From NCBI RefSeq assembly GCF_001194135.2, contig NC_068984.1:29526248-29590247 (forward strand): a stretch of DNA of 64,000 nt. Direction: 5' to 3'. The stretch is from Octopus bimaculoides (Eukaryota). Under the pieces are notes generated by a model. The model worked only from the letters and a program-made list of their open reading frames with translations, did no database searches and had not been told where the DNA came from. This document shows, piece after piece, positions 49,136-62,384 of the stretch. How positions within the stretch are numbered: position 1 is the stretch's first letter; the number at the start of each line of letters is the position of its first letter. Position numbers and translations under genes: made by a program.

Positions 49136-51593
49136 AAGTATCATTCTGTCTTCCTCCTTCTCGCTATCACTTCATCACTGTCTTTGGCTTACATTTGGAT
49201 ATGAACAAATGACCTTACTACAACGGCACGTGTCTCATACATACGTGCATACATACTTACATACATACATACATACCATGTCTCGGCACCGGCGGCCGTT
49301 TTGCCTTTGTAGTGATTATATATTAAGAAAAAATTGGCAAAAATTGGCAAAAATTGGCGAACAGAATTGGTAGCTAGATAGTACCGCTACGCCTCCATAT
49401 ATACAACTATGCATAATGTACACATACACTTACGTGTAATCTTATACGTCATAAGTTAAGTTTCTATAACCTAGTGCAGCCATAAATGGTATTATAATGA
49501 AGGAAGCAACGATAACTGTGATTGATATACGATTAGTAAGTAGCCACAATTCATAGATAGCACATACTTAGAGATAAAAATTTAATCTGATATCTGAGAA
49601 AAAAGATGCCATTTTCTTTTCTTTTGATCATAAATTTGGTTTGAGAGTAGTCTTAATTAATTTTAAACGTTCTACTAAAGTATTAACAATGCGATATGTT
49701 ATTATATCGAAACATTATTGTTGAATAACAGTAATTCAAAATAATATCAAGTGTTGAAACCACTTAAAACTTATGACAAATTCTGAATATCGTGTAGAAA
49801 TCATTTCAAAACATTGCTTTGATTATTGTGTATTGTAATTATACAATCTCAGCCTGTTGCATAAATATCAAAACAAGCGAAAGTGTACGTAAGGGAATTA
49901 GGTTTATGCTTCGTGAAGAGCAAAACTTCATCATCTTTGAACTTTAAATTTCAGTGTGAACTTTTAGGTTAATAATTCAATTACTCGTATCCCAAATTGA
50001 TATTGAGTTCGTGGGCTGTGTTCCAAAACACAAGGAATCAGTCTCAAATGAAAGACCCACTTCAACTGGAAAATTGTGTAGAATTATTCCAATTTATTTC
50101 CAATTGCAACCGATACTTCTGATATCATTAAGTATATTTTTATACTGTCACTTTTCTAAGTTCCCCAACAGAAGTACTTGTGTTCTCTCTGTCGATCTTT
50201 CTACTTTTAACCCACAGACACGATATCGTTTTCTCTTTCTGTCTCTCATACACACAAAAACACTACTTACCCTCTCACACACAAACACTGTACACACATG
50301 CAAGCATAAATAAATCTTATTTCATTTAATGTAAATATTCACATGATGTCGCACACCGAATTAAATAATTATTCTACGAAATAATGTTTAAATTGTATTT
50401 CTTATGTAACATTTATTGCCAATATATGATGCATCGGAGGTTTTCTGTCCTGTATATGTTCAATATTTTCTTCAAATTTTAATCTTCACTCTCAGACTAA
50501 ATGAATATTTTAAGATACTGTTATTGTAAAAAAATTTTTTTAAATGATAATCGCAGCAACGCATTAAATTTGTAATACCAATACATTAACACTAAGAATA
50601 CAACTTGGAATGTTAAAAAAATGTTTTAATAGCTAAAGCGTGTTTCGATGAAGAAAATCTCAACTTCTATATAGTCTAGATGTAAGTAGACTTAGAAGTT
50701 ATAGACAGACTTATAATACAGACAAAAACGTATAAGAAGAAGCTTTTAAAGCATATTATTTTAGATTTTCAAATATTTATATCCAATATTTTAAAGCTTT
50801 AAATCATTTATATTTTGCTAATTTATTTCATTATTTTCCAATGACATTTTTTCATCTATTTTCCAATCAAGACACTCAAATGGTCAACGTGGATTTTAAT
50901 CTTTTAATATATTTATATTGAAGTATTTTTTATCATTAACTATAATACTCTATAGCAGTTCGGGAAACCTTGAGTGTATAGTACGCTTAGAAGTATATTT
51001 GTCCTTGCGCAAAACATGCAAAATTATATAAATACATTCCTCTGAGTGAGTGTGCGTGTGCTTGCGTGCGTGTATGTAGTTTTGTACCATCATGAAGCTC
51101 GTTTGTCTCAGTCAGAATTATATAAGTATGTTGTCTCTATTTTTGCGTTGACTCCACCCTTCGTCATTTAATGTTGTTATTATTCTATATATTACTCTAA
51201 CACGCCCAGATATGCACACATTTACTCACACATGTCAACTAAGTCTAAATTTTCTAGAACATATATACCTTGAGGCATATGCGTTCAATCTGTGAACAGC
51301 ATTGCAGAAAGGTTGCCAAAGATCACCAGATATGTTCGACATAATGCTAGCAATTTTTACATTTTTCTACGTATTAGTGTTACCTCTTTCTCGATGCGCC
51401 GAAGAAAACTACTGAAAGAAATTTTAAGTTCTGTATCTTTTCTTGTAATTATGCCACCTAGGTAATCATAATCAATATTAAGCAATTTAGTCAGGGATCA
51501 CCTAGCCTAATTGTACAGAGCGCTCAGCCAAAATTTGAGATGTATAGGGTTTGATTTTCTGTAGCGGCTTGCTGGTCACTGTTTTAATAAGAT

Positions 51594-51804
51594 GGCGAGC
51601 TGGCAGAATCATTAGCACGCTTGGCAAAATGCACAGCGGCATTTCGTCTGTCTTATTTTTTGAGTTCAAATTCCACTGTGATCGACTTTACCATTCATCC
51701 TTTCAGAGCCAATAAAATAAGTACCATTTGAGCACTGGGAGTGGAAGTAATCGACTTACCCTTTTCCTTGAAATTGCTGGCCTTGTGCCAAAATATGAAA
51801 TCAA
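51594..51804 (+). mobile_element. Family A SINE
   Basis: ggcgagctggcagaatcattagcacgc...gagttcaaattcc...ggccttgtgccaaaatatgaaa. Confidence 0.88.
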
Positions 51805-52619
51805 TATTAAAAAAATTGGCTAATTGAAAATAAATGACTACATTCAAAATAGCATCAGGAAATGCTGACTTGTTAAAATGGAAAAGGAAATATATGTTGT
51901 TGTGGGCTCGTAGTTGTTTTGTGCTTTAGCAGAAATGAAATAGCAAAATTATTTTCTTTATCACTCTTAACATTCAGTCAAATTTATCAAGTATTCAGAT
52001 TTATTTTTCTATACTGAAGGTATATTTTTCATTCTTCCTCCACGTTCCGTCTACTTTTCTCACTGTGTGGTAGGCTCTCTTGAGTTTGCATTCATTAGTT
52101 CCAAATGCTTTGCCTGATTGCCCATGCTTATTTTCCCACTTAGTACAACTCTCGTGTCACACAAATGACGTCTCACGAAACCTAGTCCATTGATTACTCG
52201 TATTTTCTACCCCATTCCACGCTTATTTTCTTAGACATTATTTCTTCATTCCGTTCGCTCATTTATATTTTTGCAGCCCCTTAATATGATCTACATTATT
52301 TTCAAACGAACAAAGCATCAAACTATTCATACTTTACGTATTACTAAACCCACTGTAATTTTGATTCAGTCTGGATACTTACACAGATAAATAAACATGT
52401 GCGTATATATATATATATATATATATATAGATATATAGGAAAATTATGAGTTAGAGTTACGCAACTATCAAAGGGATATCTGTAGGTTCTACTGGTGTCT
52501 TACCTCACTATGTATAGTCCTAGCTATTCTAGCTAAAAGGTATGCAGTAGTTGGAATTTAAAGGTAAAACCGTGGTTTCATATATATAGAAAAGAAAAGA
52601 AATGGAACAATAATAAACA

Positions 52620-53520
52620 ATGAGAAGTTGATCATTGGTATTAAAAGGTCATAGTTTAATTATAGTTCAGAACCATTTACAGCTGTTTCTGTTTATCAAA
52701 TCAAAATAACCTTGCATTTATCTCGTCCCCTTTAACAAACATTACCAGAATGATTTAGAAGAATATAAATAGGAGAAATAGGGAAATGAAAAGAAAAGAA
52801 AAAGGAAAAGGCAAAAGAATAAGGAAAAAGCAAAAGAGAAAGGGAAAAGTTCGTTAAGTCTTTAGGCTTAAATTTTAGTGACTTTTTGGGTTCCACGTAT
52901 ATGTACGTTTCTTCAATTAGACTAACGGAGCAGTAAATGGGGGGAAATGACTAGTTGACCGGCGTTGTTAGTTATACCTGATGGAGATATCCGGTGTTAT
53001 TAATTGTAACCTGTAATGATGGTATTAGTAGTATTTAGAGAATAAGAATTTATCTTTATGCAAGCATGTTGTATTTTCNNNNNNNNNNNNNNNNNNNNNN
53101 NNNNNNNNNNNNNNNNNNNNNNNNNNNNNNNNNNNNNNNNNNNNNNNNNNNNNNNNNNNNNNNNNNNNNNNNNNNNNNNNNNNNNNNNNNNNNNNNNNNN
53201 NNNNNNNNNNNNNNNNNNNNNNNNNNNNNNNNNNNNNNNNNNNNNNNNNNNNNNNNNNNNNNNNNNNNNNNNNNNNNNNNNNNNNNNNNNNNNNNNNNNN
53301 NNNNNNAACCTGTAATGATGGTATTAGTAGTATTTAGAGAATAAGAATTTATCTTTATGCAAGCATGTTGTATTTTCTCGTCTCGTTTATTAAGTAATTC
53401 TGATTTGGCCATTAAAATGGAGTATTTCACATCTATGCATAAATTACAGCGATTATTATTAAGGTTGTATGAAGATGTTTGGCTAGGATACGCCATTCTA
53501 ATCTATAATTAATGTTATTG
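52620..53520 (-). mobile_element. PLE 3' end (endonuclease C-terminus and non-coding tail) with HHR remnants
   Basis: NRCNLCIDVKYSILMAKSELLNKRDE...C..N (PLE C-terminal motif); HHR-like motifs at 52875-52925 and 52670-52740. Confidence 0.7.
52875..52925 (-). ncRNA. Degenerate type I hammerhead motif
   Basis: Minus strand: ttagt c[taat]tgaaga a acgta-cata-tacgt ggaac ccaaaaa GTC actaa. Stems I and II are perfect at 5 bp each; the core is damaged. Confidence 0.55.
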
Positions 53521-54320
53521 TCCTTCAGTTCCCCAGATGTAACTACTTAGTCCGGTAGAGATCGCTTTACTTCTATTTCTGAAACTTGAGCGATGGGAAT
53601 TATATCTATATATGCGTGCACGTAAACTTATATTTGTGTGTAAGTGAGTATGTTTTTATGCATATTGGTTCGAGCAAGATGTTTACACTTTGTAATTATG
53701 AAATCTACTGGATAATGATGAAATTCTAGAAAACTTTATTTTGAACGGGAGTGAAAGACACGATTATTCAGTTAGCCTCTAACTTATATAAACCCCCAAT
53801 AAATCGAAGTAGGTTACATTCGTATTAATAACCGATAATAATTAAACTTTCCGTGCGAATAACTGCTTAACTCTCACGTTTCTAATTACAACAGTATTAA
53901 AAATAGCTTGAGATGTCAATATTAGAAACAGAGTTAGTAGCAGCAGGGATAGGATAAATAGTTATTAGATGCAGCAATAATAATATTAAGAATCATATCG
54001 TACCAACAGTTTTGAAATAAGAAGAAAATATAGATTCTTCAAGAAATATACGCATCATGTATATTCTGCTTGCACGAAACAACACAAGTTACTTAATTAC
54101 TACATCTAACTATTGTTTACTGTATTCCTATGGACCAAAATATAATTAAAAAAAGCAAGATATTCTCTTTATTTCTTTGACAAATTTATTGACATATTTA
54201 CAGACCATAATTGACTAATATTTCTATTTACATTATATTTCTGCTAAAAATAAAATACACCCTCAAGACTCCATCAACAACCTATATCTGATTATTCAAT
54301 TTAACATCTCAGTATTACGT

Positions 54321-54587
54321 TGCTTCTCAATCACATGACTTGGGTTTAACTCCATATGTGGAACCATGGGCAAATGTTTTCTACTATATCATCGGATCGA
54401 CCAAAGCTTTCTGAGTGGATTTGGTTGACTGAGAGAAACCCGTCGTATATATATATATATNNNNNNNNNNNNNNNNNNNNNNNNNNNNNNNNNNNNNNNN
54501 NNNNNNNNNNNNNNNNNNNNNNNNNNNNNNNNNNNNNNNNNNNNNNNNNNNNNNNNNNNNNNNNNNNNNNNNNNNNNNNNNNNNNNN

Positions 54588-54645
<58 letters not shown>

Positions 54646-54888
54646 CATGTATGTGTATATATGTGTGTGTATGTGTTTGTTTTGTCCCCCATCACGGCTT
54701 GACATGACAACCAGTATTGGTATGTTTATCTCTCCGTAAAACTTGCGGTTCGACAAAAGTGACCGATAATATTAATACCAGGCCGAAAACAAATGCACTG
54801 GGGCCGATTCGTTCGACTAAAATTCCTCAAGGTGGTACTCCAGTATGGTTGCCGTCTAACGAATGAAATAAGTAACGATAAAAGATAA
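54321..54888 (+). mobile_element. Family B SINE with an expanded internal (TA)n/(GT)n tract spanning a gap
   Basis: Head and core 54321-54445; 3' body 54670-54888 colinear with other family-B copies. Confidence 0.82.
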
Positions 54889-56078
54889 ATACTGACAATA
54901 TCTTCCTCGAAAACATGTCAAGAAGGAAAGCTAGATGATTCAACAGCTTAATAGAAATGATTTTAGTTTTACATATACTCCGCTGGACCATTGTATAAAT
55001 TTACAAGTAAATAGTAAATAATATTATTCCCATCATTGTACTAGCAACAACAGAAAATTAAATGTTGGTATTCTTAAATACTGCATGTACATACATGAAT
55101 ATATACATACACAAGTATAAATACTTGCACATACACATGTATACATTTTATGTATATTACACACTAAGAAATTTACATAAACAAAAATATAGCTGACAGG
55201 AAAGTAAAAATTCTCTTTGTTGATATAATACATGCACATCTGAATAGGTTCTCGTCTGAGTTAAACTATCTCAGTCAGTCTTTGGGCGATACAAGAACAA
55301 CACCTTCTACGGAGTGAAATCTAGACGCCTGTAGAGTCATATTTATACAGAGCCTTAGATTTTTGCATATTTTATTTCAAGTCTTGAAAAGTGCATAAAA
55401 CATCTTATATCCTCCATGTTGAGATAGATTTTATAAGAAACAATTCCCTTTTCAGAACTTTCAGAAAGGAGATGTGTTATTGTCTTCATATTGTCGTTGA
55501 ATAGTGATAAAAGTGAGAATAACGAAGGATCCCTGGATTTGAATTATTTAAGTTGCATACGAATTTCATGTAAGTCCGAGCGAATTAGGGATGAGGTATG
55601 TTTGTGAAGTTTGTGAAAGGTGGGAAGAGTTAATGTTTGCGGGATAGTAGGAAAGTATTGTGTAGAATGTGAAAACTAAAAACACTAAAAAATAAAATAA
55701 AATTAGGTCGAAATTTATAAAGAGAGTGTAATGCTGTACCATAATAAAATGCTCAATGTTTTCCAGACCTCTATACACTTGCATATTCCGATTTTAATAT
55801 ATTTTCTTCAACGTCCTTCCTTCGTGATTTGCAAACATCCAACTCACAACTGAAGGATGTTAAAAATTTCAGCCGCTTACAGCGGAACAAATCTGTTCGA
55901 ATGCAGGTTCAATACCTTATATGTCTCCGACAATAGTATATGCATCTAGATTTCTTTTCGTGGAAGGTACTTGTCTTCTTGTAGGGCGTGAAAATTGTTT
56001 GGGTATTACTATTCCAAAATAGTAATACCCAAACAATTGATAGTAATAGTGTTAACCTATATATTATTTCAGTTTCAA

Positions 56079-56079
<1 letters not shown>

Positions 56080-56139
<60 letters not shown>

Positions 56140-56320
56140 GTCTGTCTGTATGTCTGTCTGCCTGCCTGTCTGTCTGCCTGCCTGCCTGTCTATCTACTCA
56201 TCTACCCATCTGTCCATCTATTTGTCTATCTGTCTACCTGTCTGTCTGTCCGTCTGTCCGTCCGTCTGTTCTGTCTAATGTATGTATGTATGTATGTATG
56301 TATGTATATATGTATATATG

Positions 56321-56362
<42 letters not shown>
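56080..56362. repeat. Compound (TCTA)n/(TCTG)n/(GTAT)n/(TC)n microsatellite
   Basis: Directly visible. Confidence 0.95.
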
Positions 56363-56367
<5 letters not shown>

Positions 56368-57811
56368 GTTTATCTATTTATCAAAGCATATATATACGTG
56401 TGTGTATGTACGCATATACACATCTCTTTTAAGGTTGATTGCCTACCTTCGTCTATATATACTCGGCCATTTGTCATTTGCGGGTTCATTTTCACAAAAA
56501 ATTTCGAAAACAATTGTTTCACAAATAAATGTTTTTCGATAACGATATTTGAAGTGTTGCTCTTGCTCAAGATACTTACTGCATCCGGTGGGGAGCGTCC
56601 AACTCAGGTTATGGGGGAGGGGGCAGTATAGAGGTAGTCTTGAACTAATACTACTCCCAGGATCGTTCTTGCTTGGAGTATGGATATTAGGGTCTCAGTT
56701 ATGTGTCACTGCTAAGGCACACAGTTCACGGAAGATATCTGTCTCTTAGACATATGTCACACAGGCCCACCAGTATATGGTCACACTTCGTTTTATTCAT
56801 TGTGTATCCATCACATGCATACTTTTAATCCTTCGCTCAATGTACACCAGCACTTGGTCCTTGTGTATGTAGAACAGAGTAGGCTTTAAAACTAGGGATT
56901 GGTTTCATCGTACCTCACCAGTTTCTTTAGAACTGAAAAGTATGTTGGTTGATACTGTTTTTGTTTCTACGTCTAACTTATTAAAAGAGCTGCAAGCGAT
57001 TTAACCGCCTCACCTCAAGTTGTTGAACAGATGTAATGTTACCAAGCAATAAAGTGTGTACAGATATAAATACTTTCAAATATTTTTCGTATCTCCCTCT
57101 GCCATCTGAATTCAAATCCTACTGGTGCTGAGATTGTCTTTCTTTCCACTGGGTTTGATAAGAGAAGTCTCAATTTTAAACAGGGTGCTATTGAATCAAA
57201 CAAATACTCCATAGCAACCAATCGATTTCTGACACGGTATGAAATAAATATTTGCTGACATCGCAAAATAAAATTCTGTACAGTTTCTTATTCTTAAGTA
57301 ATATGGAAATCATGTTAGAAATATATACACAAAAAAACAAAAAAACAAAAAAAAAACACAGAATAGCAAAAGGAAACATCAAACGAAACGTCATATTAAA
57401 TATTAGAATTTCGGAAAGCAGCTATCTATTTTTGTATCATTATTTTTAATACTAAAGCAATTTTAATCAGTGGATAAAACTTAACATAACATATTAGAGA
57501 AATACGTTAAAAGTAATTCTAGTTTTAGTGCACTTCCTATGTTGTCGTCATTAAGCNNNNNNNNNNNNNNNNNNNNNNNNNNNNNNNNNNNNNNNNNNNN
57601 NNNNNNNNNNNNNNNNNNNNNNNNNNNNNNNNNNNNNNNNNNNNNNNNNNNNNNNNNNNNNNNNNNNNNNNNNNNNNNNNNNNNNNNNNNNNNNNNNNNN
57701 NNNNNNNNNNNNNNNNNNNNNNNNNNNNNNNNNNNNNNNNNNNNNNNNNNNNNNNNNNNNNNNNNNNNNNNNNNNNNNNNNNNNNNNNNNNNNNNNNNNN
57801 NNNNNNNNNNN

Positions 57812-57843
<32 letters not shown>

Positions 57844-57951
57844 GTTATCTTTAATCTTTTACTTTCAGTCGTTAAAGATCGGCTTTGCATTCATACATAC
57901 ACATACAAACACATGTATGTAGTTATGTATGTAGCTGGTTCACGATGAAGA

Positions 57952-58497
57952 GCTGATATACTGCTCCCGCTGCTAGAATGTGGTAGGGCTTCGGTCCCTG
58001 TTCGCAATTTATCGGATGCAGCTCTGCATCGTTAACCAGATAGAAGAAATGTCCTCTTGGGGTTAAAACAATTACAGTAGAGTTCGTTCGAACGGACAGC
58101 CATGTTGATGTGGCTACGTATATTACTTGTCAGTACAGCCACTGCGTTGATCTCTTAGAGAGATTTTGGAATGAGCATATTTACTCGTTCCAAAATTAGC
58201 GACAGCCGTCTCTAGCAGACGAGGTGTCCAGTACTGAAGGGTTACAGAAGTAGCTCGAAACCAGGACTGTTCCACTGGTACTGTCGCTAGGAGGTGGTAG
58301 GTGTTCGCTCCCCTGCTCGCAATTTATCGGATGCAGCTCTGCATCATTAACCAGCTAGAGTAGATGCCCTCTTGGGGTTAAAAAACTAACAGTAGAGTCT
58401 GTTCAAACGTTCAGCCATGTTTAAGTGGCTACGAATATCAATTGTCAGTACAACTACTGCGTTAATCATTTAGAGAGAATTTAGAACTAGTTTTTTT
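57952..58497 (+). repeat. ~1.6 units of a ~315-bp structured tandem repeat (retrozyme-like)
   Basis: cgcaatttatcggatgcagctctgcatc at 58003 and 58318; colinear over ~200 bp; many hairpins; HHR-like motif between the units. Confidence 0.8.
58197..58289 (+). ncRNA. Type I hammerhead-like motif with an extended stem I (core damaged in this copy)
   Basis: tagcgacag/ctgtcgcta 9 bp; ccagt/actgg 5 bp; CTGAAG at 58234; gggttac-agaa-gtagctc stem II; GAAAC 58257-58261; GTTC at the expected GTC site. Confidence 0.65.
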
Positions 58498-60719
58498 ACT
58501 TATATATATATGTACGTATGTGTGTGTGTGTGTCTGTGTGTGTGCGCGTATATGTATATATATATATGTATATACATTGTATNNNNNNNNNNNNNNNNNN
58601 NNNNNNNNNNNNNNNNNNNNNNNNNNNNNNNNNNNNNNNNNNNNNNNNNNNNNNNNNNNNNNNNNNNNNNNNNNNNNNNNNNNNNNNNNNNNNNNNNNNN
58701 NNNNNNNNNNNNNNNNNNNNNNNNNNNNNTATATATATATATATTTATATATATATTTATTTATATATGCGTGTGCATGTCTTTGAGAGAGTGAGAGATT
58801 TATAAGCTGACCCCTAAATATCATTTTCAAGAACATTAGTTTCCTAGTTGGCAGGCGGATTATTTTATTGTGATCTTTATTACGGTGAAGTAGCTCTATA
58901 AAATCCAGTAATCTAAAGAAAAAGAATATTTTCCATTCACTAAGTTAAACCTAGAATCACCTAACGATTTCTTGACAGAAATACATTCTAGTTATAACAT
59001 TTCTTCTTTCAGAATGCGCAATTTGTACAAAAGGAAGTGAAATAACTGCAACTGGTAAATATCACTATATGGCTTGCCTGGGACTTGCCACTACATTAAC
59101 AGGGATATAATATGCTGGAAAGATTAGAGTTAGCATTTCTGCATGAAAACATAAATGAAAAGTTTTTTCTCTCGAATTCAAGACATCACCGCTTAGTATC
59201 AGCAGCTAGAGCTTTTCAATTACGTATAGATGATACTAAAGTGAAAGAGCTTTCTGTACCAATACTCTATTTTATTGTAGAATTACATTCCCCATTGTCG
59301 TTTTCGAAAGTGAAGAATTACTGATTCTACTCTCTTAGATGAAAACAAATGTATGAGATATGTGTTCCAAAAAGTTTCCTCAATTTACCGACATATATAA
59401 TCTTACTCATGATATCCTTTGTTACTACCTCTGTTTGGCATATTAATTCTTCAGACATATATTTTAAGACGACAATTTGTCATATTTCCACAATTACATT
59501 CCTGTGCAGTGTTGTGTGAGTGTGTGATATAGATGAAATTTTTGCAGTTCAATATATATATTAGCATATATGGTTCATCAGTTAAAAAATTTTAACAAAT
59601 TGTTATTCAAGATTTTTGTGATATATATTTGAAACGAAGAAACTCGCACTAATCAGGGTTAAGAAGATCTTTTCTATATTTGAGGTAACCTTTAATCCAT
59701 AAGGAGGTTTATATCAAATTATCTCACTATTCCCTGTTTATTACTATTTGATATAACTTGTATTATGCATTTCCTGTCGTAAACATCATTTCTAGCTTGA
59801 GGAAGTTTAATCAATTTTTTCTATGTGATCAAGGTTGGATACACATCTACTAATATTGTACATACCATGTGTTATAGCCGTGGTTACATTTTGTATAAGG
59901 TGTTTTATAACGGTTGGCTGGAATTCCTCTTTACACATAGGAATTCTTCGTATTTACACTGCGTTTACAAATAATGTTGCAAGCAGAAAAAATTACTGTC
60001 TTCAGCTTTGTAGTTATTTTAACTTTCATCTTGCTTTCTTTACAATGCGAATTAGTGTATTACTCATTTCCTCATTCATATATATCACACTTATTTATAA
60101 TACGAAAAAAAGAGTTACCCGTCAAACAATGCGACCTCATTGTAATTTGGCCGAAACATAACTAAGTTATCCATCACTTGATAAATCACATGCAAAAGAA
60201 GGATATCGGGTTCGCTCAGTTCACATTTTTGATTTAGATCAAGAACCAACTGCAATGTTTTGTTTCTTTCGAATGATAAGAGAGTAAGCAGTGTTACAAT
60301 AAAATGCAGTAAGTTTGAAAAGCAGCATCACACAATGATCACCGTATATACTCCCATTTCTACACCGTTGAGAAGTCCATGAACATTACACACACTGGTG
60401 ATATCTGAAAATAAGAGTAGAAATATTTTTATTCCTGGTTCATGCAAATACAAACATCAATGGATGTAACTTTGGCTTCCGAATGTCAGACAGTTTAAAT
60501 TACAAGATGACGCTGAAATAAAATATATCTCCTTTGATTACTATCATGAATATAAACTATTTCAGTCCACTTTTAATTGCAATCGAGGCTGCAAATTACC
60601 ATCCATACAAAGCACAGACTCTTGCCGTGTGTGATGTGGTCTGGGTTATTCAATGAGACGATGTATATACACAATCACACACACACAACGTATGACAACT
60701 ACCGATTGTCCTATATTAT

Positions 60720-60730
60720 ATATATATATT

Positions 60731-60789
<59 letters not shown>

Positions 60790-60830
60790 GTGTGTATACG
60801 TATATATGTGTATATATATGTACATATATG
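60720..60830. repeat. (TA)n/(GT)n microsatellite
   Basis: Directly visible. Confidence 0.95.
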
Positions 60831-60973
60831 TATATAAAGTAGTGCTTAGGTTCAGACTTGTGCGGGTAGAGAAGTAAATGTAAGGATAAGCAAGTTTGGC
60901 AGATCAATATACAAAGTATTTCAAAATCCATCCTTGATCTTCTTTCTGTCAACACTTCATATGTCAGATCTTT

Positions 60974-61135
60974 TCCCTGAAGACGGACGCTCGTCTCATC
61001 CGACGATGAAATCTGCTTACAAACATTATTTTGGACCACCGAGCCCCGAAAAACAGCTGTTGGATTTGTAGTGCTTTTCTTGAATCTCTTTAACTCTTGA
61101 TATAATTTCTATTCTATTTAATCGGACCTTTGTAA
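60974..61135 (+). mobile_element. PLE-type 3'/pseudo-LTR remnant with a long-loop HHR-like motif
   Basis: CTGAAGA 60977-60983; cggacgctcg pairs with cgagccccg (61040-61048); aaaaacagctgtt; homologous to 41791-41950. Confidence 0.55.
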
Positions 61136-62384
61136 TCGGATCTACATGTATGTATGTATACATATATGTATTTATGGATGTGCATAAAGGCGGTAGTGTG
61201 GGGCTTGATATCTTATATGTTTGTGTTAGATAATTAACATAAATAACAATAGAAAAAATGATTTTCCTATTCACTGATCTACTCTTCACAATTTCAAAAT
61301 TGCAGAAAGAAAACTCCTTAAATATGTCATTAATGAAGTTTACATGTATTCCCTGTTGATTCTTACTACAATTATATTACAGATTCCATTAAATTTCTCA
61401 ATATTCTTTTCCAGATTTCGTAACTTCTGCTTTACTTTTTTTCTTGTTTTTTTTTTGTTCCATCTCGTCTCAATATACATCACATTCATTCACTATAATT
61501 AAATACATCAGCTTCATAGCTTATAATCAAGTAAATTTTAAATGGAAAATATACTATGTCACTGTTGCAATTAATATTTTAATATTTCAACAATAGAAAC
61601 CAAATTCTAATGATGGAAAGTCTAAGTAAAATCAGACAAAAATAGAATAAAAGAATATCGATTTATTACATACGGACGAAAGTAAATTATATTTAAGCTC
61701 AAGACCAAATTCTATATCAGTATAGCAAGCTGAATTGAATTAAATGTATTATTGTCATTTTGAATTTTACGAACCATCGAGGGTTGAAAAGCAAAGTAGA
61801 CAGCATTGAAACTCGAAACCAGAAGGAAGAAAGACTAATTTAAATGCTATAATGTATTTCCTTCTAAAATGAAATGTAATGAATTGTCATTACAAAAGTA
61901 TTACAACGTGAATTTACAAATGTAATACACTGGTTAATCTAATGTTTAAATTTGAAATATATACTGCTGTCTGTCTATTTCTCTCTGTCATCTGTCTATC
62001 TGTCTATCTATCTATCTATTCATGTCTATATGTATGTATGGATATCTGTATGCATGTGCGTGTGAGTGTGTGTACGTGTGTGTGCGTGTATGTATGTACT
62101 TTTGTTTCTCTTGGTGCTCATACGCATTTGACTGCGATTATACTGAAGATCAGTCTTTAAAGGTTTTAGTCATGTACGCTGACTCAATATTTTGTGTGGT
62201 GCTTATCTCAACATACTCATAATCACGAAATACAGGATAATCACTGGTATAAAGGAAATTCATTCGACAAAACATGTTGCACGATATTTCTGTTGGAATA
62301 CGCAGCGTCTTACGTGGGAAGACGCCACATACGCAAACACACATATACTCATATACTATAAATATCAATTGCCTAGTTTTCTGT

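Noticed and set aside
49325-49365. aaaaattggc repeated three times, considered as a CRISPR-like or regulatory array
   Set aside because: A contiguous short tandem repeat with no spacers; eukaryotic context and no cas genes.
53008-53377. 71-bp direct repeat flanking the gap 53079-53306
   Set aside because: The left contig end equals the right contig start, so an assembly overlap is more likely than a real pseudo-LTR tandem; long reads would decide.
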